The notes under the pieces were generated by a model. The model saw nothing but the letters and a program-made list of their open reading frames with translations, was not told the DNA's origin and ran no database searches. From NCBI GenBank assembly GCA_012295275.1, contig CM022665.1:39246001-39310000 (forward strand): 64,000 bases of DNA, given 5' to 3'. The position numbers and the translations under genes were made by a program. Source of the stretch: Chrysomallon squamiferum (taxonomy: Eukaryota > Animalia > Mollusca). This document shows, piece after piece, positions 55,471-64,000 of the stretch (position 1 is the stretch's first letter; every line of letters begins with the position of its first letter).

Positions 55471-56721
55471 TTAAAAACTATTTAAATTTTTCATCATCTT
55501 CTGAAACTCTTTCACCGTAACTTCATTGTCACCTGAAATATTTACACTTAAAATTAAAACACAAATTCGTTTTTAAATTACTGGTTTGTCTTTATGTTTT
55601 CAGTTTATATATGAAACTTGAAAACCTTTATATTTATTTATTTCAAACATTAACAGTTATAACGAGTTGAACAATAGTTTGACACTGCCAATAAACTATA
55701 TTCTGTTCATCACATATCAAAGACATTGCCACAACTCCGAAAGCTAGTTTTATGAATTTACAGCAAGCTTTCTTCATGTATGTTATTCCTTCCCATAGTC
55801 AGAAAAACACATATTACCATCTTTGATAATAAATAGGTAACTAGTTACAGCAAAAAATAAACCACTGAAGTATAGACTATTGATCCTGTAACCAAACACA
55901 CATCGAGTCACTGCTCAATCATTGAGTTACTATCCTATCCTATCGCTATATATATTTATATATATATTTTTTTTTTTCAGCTTACGTCATTATTATTTTA
56001 TTTATCTATCACTGAATTACAGGCATATGCCAATCCTAATTTTTTTTTTCTTATCATTTTTCAGGAAAAGAAATTTAAAATATACTTATAAATTTGATAA
56101 TCGAGTACAAGAATTTAATAACAATAGTAGTAGTAGAAGCAACAATAGCTAAAAAATGAACAACAGTATAGCAACAATAATAATAATATTGTTATTATTA
56201 TTATTGTTGTTGTTGTTGTTGTTAGTCTTATTATTATAATTATGTTTATATTAATGTTTAAAATTATGTTGATGATGATAGTAATAAAAACGATGACGAA
56301 AGAGCGTACCATCTTCATCAGCAACGGCAAGAATATCCTGCGTATCTCTGCTGTCAACTAGATTCTCTACCTCGGTTTCGTCTATCACGCCGTCCATGTT
56401 GGCATCAAAATCAGCGGCATCTGCAGCAGTTAATTTAATTCTTATTAAACCTTTACAGTGAACATTCACGTGCTGAAAATAGTTATTCAATACTCTTCGC
56501 TTGAAAATAACATTTTAAATAAGTTAGTTGCTCTTCTGGAGCTGTTCGTGTTGTTATTGCTGTTACTGTAGTTAATGTTGTTGTTACTTTAGTGTTTGAT
56601 ATTGATAATGACGTTGCTGCAGCTGTAATTTCTTTCAGTTACAATATTATTGTCTTCACAAGGTTCTAATTTTTTTTTTTTTATTTTTAAATGTTATTAT
56701 TAAATTTTCAGTTCTGTAAAG

Positions 56722-56778
<57 letters not shown>

Positions 56779-56996
56779 TTCTCGTGTATTTATTTACCAC
56801 AAAAGCAAGTCACTAAAATGTTACCTCTTTTCCCAGCAGCCAGAGCGGCTCCTGCGATTTTTCCAATCGCCACGGTTACTGCTACTCTCTTAGCTACTTC
56901 ACCTACACGTCGAAAAAAACGTCGTCCACGCCAACTACCCGCAGACAGGGTGACCGCAGCAACCAACAACAACAACAACAACAAAGTAGACTTCAT
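55471..56996 (-). CDS. Copy 4: cationic peptide + EF-hand precursor, 114 aa
   Basis: Exons 56996-56825, 56420-56310, 55532-55471; peptide SWRGRRFFRRVGEVAKRVAVTVAIGKIAGAALAA-GKR; C-terminus MMKNLNSF*. Confidence 0.9.
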
Positions 56997-57776
56997 CTAA
57001 AGAAAATAATAGAATGTTGTCATCAGTAATGTTTGAATACTTATTTGTTTAACAACATATTTTAATATTAACTGATATTAGAAGACAATTATTTGAGTTT
57101 TATACATTGATTTTACTAGAGATAAAACCCGCTGTTACTACTCCATTTTCTACTCACATATATTAAAAATAAATGTTTTTTTTAAAAAAGCCATTGTCCA
57201 TCATAAATAAATCAGTAGTGGGCACTGGCTGAAACGGGAAATAGGCCAGAGAACAGGTTTGATCTTTCACCAGTAGATGTGACAGACGAAACTCGCAGTT
57301 GCTTTCCTGATAGCCATTCTGATCCATCAGCAGATAACTTCCTTTTTACTTTTTCTTTGATGAAACCAATCATGAAATAATGGCAATAATCGATCCTCCA
57401 ACATATTTTTCCTTAGACGTTCACAAAAATACATACTCATAGACCATCTCATGATACTATTGCTACTGGAGTTACTACTACAACTAGGACTACTACTAAT
57501 ATGGTTACTATTACTACAGCTACAACTACTACTACTATAATACAACAACTACTGCTACTAATACGATTACTACTACTACTACTACTAGGATTACTATTTG
57601 TATTACTTCTACCATTAATAATGGTAATAAAATTAATAATAATAATAATAAGACAATAATAATAATAATAATAAAATAATAATAATAATAAGACAATAAT
57701 AATAATAATAACAATTAAAACTAAATTAAATAAAATAACTAAATCTAAATAAATAAATACAAATTTCAATACTTAC

Positions 57777-57832
57777 TTTGTAGCGTTCAGAATCAGCTTG
57801 TCTGAGATGGTCAGATATAGCCTCTTTTTATG
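57777..57832 (-). promoter_or_regulatory. Core promoter and non-coding exon 1 of copy 4
   Basis: CATAAAAA 57832-57825, A+1 57803 (TCTCAGAC variant), donor GTAAGT after 57777. Confidence 0.6.
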
Positions 57833-60800
57833 TGCTGTCGAACAGGATTTGAAAACCTACACCCACATCCTTATCTACAGTTATCATCAGTCAAATTGAA
57901 AATTCACATTAATTCATATCATATTATGTGAGAACATTAATTAACATCATTTCTAAAAGTCATTAATTAAGGGCTGTTTTGTTCATTAATTATGTCTCCT
58001 GTGTTTAAAAGACGTAAAAAAAAAAAAAGGTGTGTTTAATGGATTTTAGCCAAACAGTCGCTGTTATTTCTGAAACTGCTGATATTTTAAAATTAGGTGT
58101 AAAAATGTGTTTGTAAACTTTTAGAATCAAAAAACACACAAAAACGATTTGTGTTCCATAAAATGAAAATGAAACATGTTGAAAATTAGGCAATAAATAT
58201 ATTTAAAAATTCAAAAAACTAAATTTCTCTTATCCTTTTCAAAAATCGAAAATCTATCATGCAAAAATAAGATGTCATAAAAACAACAACTGAACAGTAT
58301 GTGTTTGCGAATGATTGAAAATGTAACGAAAAACGATTTTATCACCCCACAAAAACATATATATATATATAAATAACATTATATTATTTTTATTATAATA
58401 TAATATTATTGTTGTTAAATGTTGGGATTTTATTTTATTGTCTAGCCACTTCCAGATTTAGGTTCATTCATTTGTCAAACCACGCATTCTGGAAAATGTT
58501 GGACAGCATACGTCAAAATATGTTGGTTTTCAGTTGTCGTCTGTTTTAACTGAAATTAAGATGGCTGAAAAACATTTTACCATAACTAGGGTGATTGTTG
58601 CATGTTTCTTATACTGTCAAGATATCTGAAAATTAGGTTTAAAATGTGTTTGTAAATTTTTGAATTGTAACACGTTTGCATATTTAACACCATCGTCATG
58701 TTGAAAATTAAAAGAAATAAATATATTTAAAATTTAAAAATTCTTTTCTCTTATCCTTTTCACAGATCGATTTCTTCAAAGCATTGATAAGATGTCATAA
58801 AAGTTTAAATAAATGAACAGAGTGTGTTTTGGACTTCGAATTGATTAAAAAAACGAAACGAAAATGAAGAAGGGAGACACACAAATTTATATATATATAT
58901 ATATATTATTGTTTTTATTTTATTATTATTATTATTCCGTTTTTGTTGTTGTTGTTGAATATTTATTTTTCTTCGTTCTATAAAGCTGCATTCTCGTAAA
59001 ACTTTGGACAGTGTTGGTTTTCAGTCGTCGTCTGCTGCGTTTAGATTGAAGTAAACAAGATGGCTGAAATTCGATATTTTTAGAACTAGAAAACTTGTTG
59101 CATGTTTCATTTTTATTTATTCATTTATTTATTTGTTTAAGTTTGTAAATAATCCACGTCTGTTTTTCTTCTTATTATTAGGTAAGACTGAAAAGAAACC
59201 ATTTTATTTTATTTATTTATTTATTTATTTATATATATATTTTTTTTAAATAGTTTGTTTTTCTTCTATAATTATTCATATTATTATTATTCCATTAATT
59301 ATTATTATTAACTCGGCCATTATTAATAATTATCCTTAAATACTATTATTAAAATGATCCGAATTCGTAATTTCTTTTGGTGGTGTTAGACAACCTTTTT
59401 GTTAATGATCATCATAATTAATATAAAATACTGTATTAATGTTTGTTTTATTATTATATAGCCTTATTATTATTTTTATTAAATTATTATTAAATTATTA
59501 ATAAATATGTTATTAAAATAGAATGAAATATTTTGAGTTTGTTTTAACTTTATAATTATTGATATTAAAATAAAATTACTATAATATTTATACGATATTT
59601 CAAGAAACTATTCAAGGGAACTAACTGTTTAAGACCTTATTTTAAAACTCATCGCGTTTTCAAGTAAATTCAACTGCCTCTTAATTTTTTGTATACTTAT
59701 TTATCTCATACATACAACATGTAAATTTATTACCTTGAGCTGAAGTAGATTTCATTCGCTTTGACGTCGTTAATTAAAAATTACAGAATGAATATAACTC
59801 AATATACATTACACTGTTTTATTACATAGATTTTTCATTTATTAAATTATTATAACTACAGTGTGTGTAATAATCTAAGGCAGAGCTTTCCAATGTTTTC
59901 CCTACCAAGGACCAAGTTTATTTGAATGAATTTTCCCACGAACGTTTGAAACGTCTGTCTACTCAGCAAGTATGTTGTAATTAACTGACAACAAATTGTC
60001 TTCCCAGTTTTGTTTCTCCGTTCAAACACGTATGAAACTCAATTAAAGACAAGTGAAATGTAAATACATTTTTATTATCACCCTAATGTGTGTAGTTAAA
60101 CAGCTGCTCTAAAGATTTGTTGAGTTCTATCATTAGAAAAGCAAGTCGTATTTAAGTTAAATGACGCTTTCTTTGACCTATAGACGTTATTACTTAATTT
60201 GGTTTTTTAAATCACAGTTTTGGAGAACGTTTGACTTCGTGTTAATGTAATAACAGTTCTGTAAAGTCAATAACATAGTAAAAGGGTACTAGCAGGTCGT
60301 TTGTTGTATGCAAATACAGACGTAACAATTATAACGATGTTTTATTTTACTTGGTCGCGATGTTGTTAGGTTTGGCTAATCTTCTCACTACATAATGTGA
60401 ATATAGAACGTGGGTTGCCCTGCAGTATTATCTGTCAGTCCAGAGCTTCTTAAACTGATGAAATGTTGACAGAAAGGTGAATGAAGTTGTTGTTTTCTGT
60501 GGGGGGTAATGAATCTGAATGTATGAATAAAAGAGGAAGGGTGACTGACTTAATTAACTGAGATTATTCATATTATGCTTTGCTTACAAAGCCTTTCCTA
60601 TTAAAGTGAATGGCAAGCAATGGAAATCGTTAAGTCTTTTCTCTGAATATTGTTGTTTTCTTATTATGTATATATTTACATACAAGGGAAAATAAGACGA
60701 AAGTTACAAAAACTCAAAGTAAATGGCATTTTGCATTAAAGGGTAAGTGAAATGGTTTAAAAAGCCTAGTGTTAGACATATAGGCAGTGGCGTGTCTACA

Positions 60801-61451
60801 TTTTCGTGGCCCTGAAGCTTCAACTGTTTTGGGGTCTCTTCGCAAGCAGTAACGAGATCTGTTGACTACTTTTATATACTTCTGTGATAAGGTGTTCGTG
60901 ACATGTTTTAAAAATGTAGATTTTGTTTTAAATTTTGAAGTCATGTGGACTAAAGTGTCTTCTAGAGGATTTCCCGGATTAGGGCTGCTGAAGCTTAACG
61001 CTTCGATAGTTTTATAACCGTGATTATTCCCACTATGATAGTTTCATAACAGATCAGCGCCTGGGTATCAGTGACTTTAATCGTCTTGACAGTGTATACT
61101 AATTCTTATTCATTATTATAAACTCGAGATGATGTTCCAGTTTTTAAAATAAATAAATGGAATAAAAGCAGTACATCGAAGAAACATAGTTGAAAAATGT
61201 TTAAATTACAATCAAGACGGTTGTGTATTTGAGAACTGTTTATTCAGACTAATTTCTCTTGCATTACATCTTCTATTATGCTTTTTTATTTCTTCCAGAT
61301 TTCAGTCGATCTACAATAAAAGGAGGAAAATAAGTTTTATTTACAATTCTAAATGACTTTTTTTTTTTATAAACTATATTCATCGACATTGTTGTCGCTT
61401 CTGTTACTGTCGTCGTTTCAGTAAATGGATTATTAAAAGAGTACTTACATT

Positions 61452-63013
61452 TTAAAAACTATTTAAATATTTCATCATCTTCTGAAACTCTTTCACCGTA
61501 ACTTCATTGTCACCTGAAATATTTACACTTAAAATTAAAACACAAATTCGTTTTTAATTTATATTGGTTTGTCTTTATGTTTTCAGTGAATAGATATATA
61601 ATGTATCCTGAAAACCTTTATTATATATATATATATATATATATATTTATTTCAAACATTAACAGTTATAACGTGTTAATACTGCCATCAAACTATATTC
61701 TGTTCATGACATATCAAAGCCATTGCCACAACTCCATAAGCTAGTTTTATGAATTTATTGCAAGCTTTCTTCATGTATGTTATTCCTTCCCATATTCAGA
61801 AAAACACATATTACCATCTTTGATAATAAATAGGTAATTAGTTAGAACAAAAAATGAATCACTGAAGTATAGACTATTGATCCTGTAACCAAATACACAT
61901 CGGGTCATTGCTCTATCGCTGAGTTACTATCCTATCCTATCGCTATATATTTTTTGTTCTCCTCATTATTGTTTTATTTAAGTCACAGGCCTATGCTATC
62001 ACTATATACATTATTATTTTTTTTTCAGCTTACGTCATTATTATTTTATTTTTCTATCACTGAATTACAGGCATATGCTATCACTAATTTTTTGTTTTCT
62101 TCTTATCATTTTTCAGGAAAAGAAATTGAAAATATACTTATAAATTTGATAATCGAGTACAAGAATTTAATAACAATAGTAGTAGTAGAAGCAACAATAG
62201 CTAAAAAATGAACAACAGTATAGCAACAATAATAATAATATTGTTATTATTATTATTGTTGTTGTTGTTGTTGTTGTTAATCTTAGTATTATAATTATGT
62301 TTATATTTATGTTTAAAATTATGTTGATGATGATAGTAATAAAATCGATGACGAAAGAGCGTACCATCTTCATCAGCAACGGCAAGAATATCCTGCGTAT
62401 CTCTGCTGTCAACTAGATTCTCTACCTCGGTTTCGTCTATCACGCCGTCCATGTTGGCATCAAAATCAGCGGCATCTGCAGCAGTTAATTTAATTCTTAT
62501 TAAACCTTTACAGTGAACATTCACGTGCTGAAAATAGTTATTCAATACTCTTCGCTTGAAAATAACATCTTAAGTAAGTTAGTTGCTCTTCTGGAGCTGT
62601 TCGTGTTGTTATTGCTGTAGTTAATGTTGTTGTTACTTTAGTGTTTGATATTGATAATGACGTTGCTGCAGCTGTAATTTCTTTCAGTTACAATATTATT
62701 GTCTTCACAAGGTTATCATTTGTTTTTTTGGGTTATCTTATTATTAAATTTTCAGTTCTGTAAAGATTATTATTATTATTATTATTATTATTATTGTTAT
62801 TTTCTCGTGTATTTATTTACCACAAAAGCAAGTTACTAAAATGTTGTTACCTCTTTTCCCAGCAGCCATTGCGACTTTGGCAATCGCCGCGCTTACTGCT
62901 ATTCTCTTAGCTACTTCACCTACACGTCGAAAAAAACGTCGTCCACGCCAACTACCCGCAGACAGGGTGACCGCAGCAACCAACAACAACAACAACAACA
63001 AAGTAGACTTCAT
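61452..63013 (-). CDS. Copy 5: cationic peptide + EF-hand precursor, 111 aa (3-codon in-frame deletion in the peptide)
   Basis: Exons 63013-62851, 62475-62365, 61513-61452; peptide SWRGRRFFRRVGEVAKRIAVSAAIAKVAMAA-GKR; C-terminus MMKYLNSF*. Confidence 0.9.
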
Positions 63014-63816
63014 CTAAAGAAAATAATAGAATGTTGTCATCAGTCATAAATGAATACTTATTTGTGTAACAACATATTTTAATATTAACTGATATTAGAA
63101 GACAATTATTTGAGTTTTATACATTGATTTTACTAGAGATAAAACCCGCTGTTACTACTCCATTTTCTACTCACATATATTAAAAATAAATGTTTTTTAA
63201 AAAAAAGCCATTGTCCATCATAAATAAATCAGTAGTGGGCACTGGCTGAAACGGGAAATAAGCCAGAGAACAGGTTTGATCTTTCACCAGTAGATGTGAC
63301 AGACGAAACTCGCAGTTGCTTTCCTGATAGCCATTCTGATCCATCAGCAGATAACTTCCTTTTTACTTTTTCTTTGATGAAACCAATCATGAAATAATGG
63401 CAATAATCGATCCTCCAACATATTTTTCCTTAGACGTTCACAAAAATACAAACTCATAGACCATCTCATGATACTACTGCTACTGCAACTACAACTACAA
63501 CTACAACTAGGACCAATACTAATATAATTACTACTACTACTATAATACAACAACTACTTCTACTATTACGATTACTACTACTACTACAGCAATAACAACT
63601 ACTACTACTACGATTACTATTTCTACTACTTCTACCATTAATAATAGTAATAAGATAATAATAGTAATAGTAATAATAATAATAATAACAATAATAATAA
63701 TAAGACAAAAACAACAATCATAATAATAATAATAAGGCAATAGCAACAATAACAATTAAAACTAAATTAAATAAAGAACTAAATCTAAATAAATAAATAC
63801 AAATTTCAATACTTAC

Positions 63817-63872
63817 TTTGTAGCGTTCAGAATCAGATTGTCTGAAATGGTCAGATTAAGCCTCTTTTTATG
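63817..63872 (-). promoter_or_regulatory. Core promoter and non-coding exon 1 of copy 5
   Basis: CATAAAAA 63872-63865, A+1 63843, donor GTAAGT after 63817. Confidence 0.65.
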
Positions 63873-64000
63873 TGCTGTCGAACAGGATTTGAAATCCTAC
63901 ACCCACATCCTTATCTACAGTTATCATCAGTCAAATTGAAAATTCACATTAATTCATATCATATTATGTGAGAACATTAATTAACATCATTTCTAAAAGT

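Larger units (their letters stand above)
34942..64000. repeat. Head-to-tail tandem gene array, five ~6.0-6.6 kb units, running off the right edge of the window
   Basis: Homologous ATGs at 38314, 44347, 50376, 56996, 63013 (spacings 6033, 6029, 6620, 6017). Homology starts near 34942 (agttctatcattagaaaa, matching 41463 and later copies). Confidence 0.97.

Noticed and set aside
34942-64000. Array interpreted as tandem LTR/Helitron transposons, or any CRISPR-like or prokaryotic system
   Set aside because: No transposase, RT or Rep/helicase ORF, no LTRs and no repeat-spacer pattern; the units are intron-containing host genes.

Overview
AT-rich, microsatellite-laden eukaryotic DNA with spliceosomal GT-AG introns, probably from an invertebrate animal; the species cannot be fixed from the sequence. 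Left part (1-~14.4 kb): CpG-depleted, intron-like DNA with several minisatellites and one convincing minus-strand coding exon (signal peptide plus start of a MAM-like domain, 2876-3093). Middle (~14.5-34.9 kb): non-coding, with a 548-bp inverted repeat pair 4.4 kb apart. Right part (~34.9 kb to the window end): a head-to-tail array of five ~6.0-6.6 kb units. Each unit carries an intact 5-exon minus-strand gene that the ORF track shows only in fragments. Spliced by hand, each encodes a 111-114 aa precursor: signal peptide, then a strongly cationic, amphipathic, Cys-free peptide (SWRGRRFFRRVGEVAKRVAVSVAIAKVAGAIAGA in copy 1), then a G-K-R amidation/cleavage site, then an acidic calmodulin-like two-EF-hand C-terminal domain. 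This looks like a family of linear alpha-helical antimicrobial or cytolytic peptides fused to a Ca2+-binding pro-domain, diversifying almost only in the mature peptide. I do not recognise it as a named family. Function is inferred, and all comparisons were done by eye.
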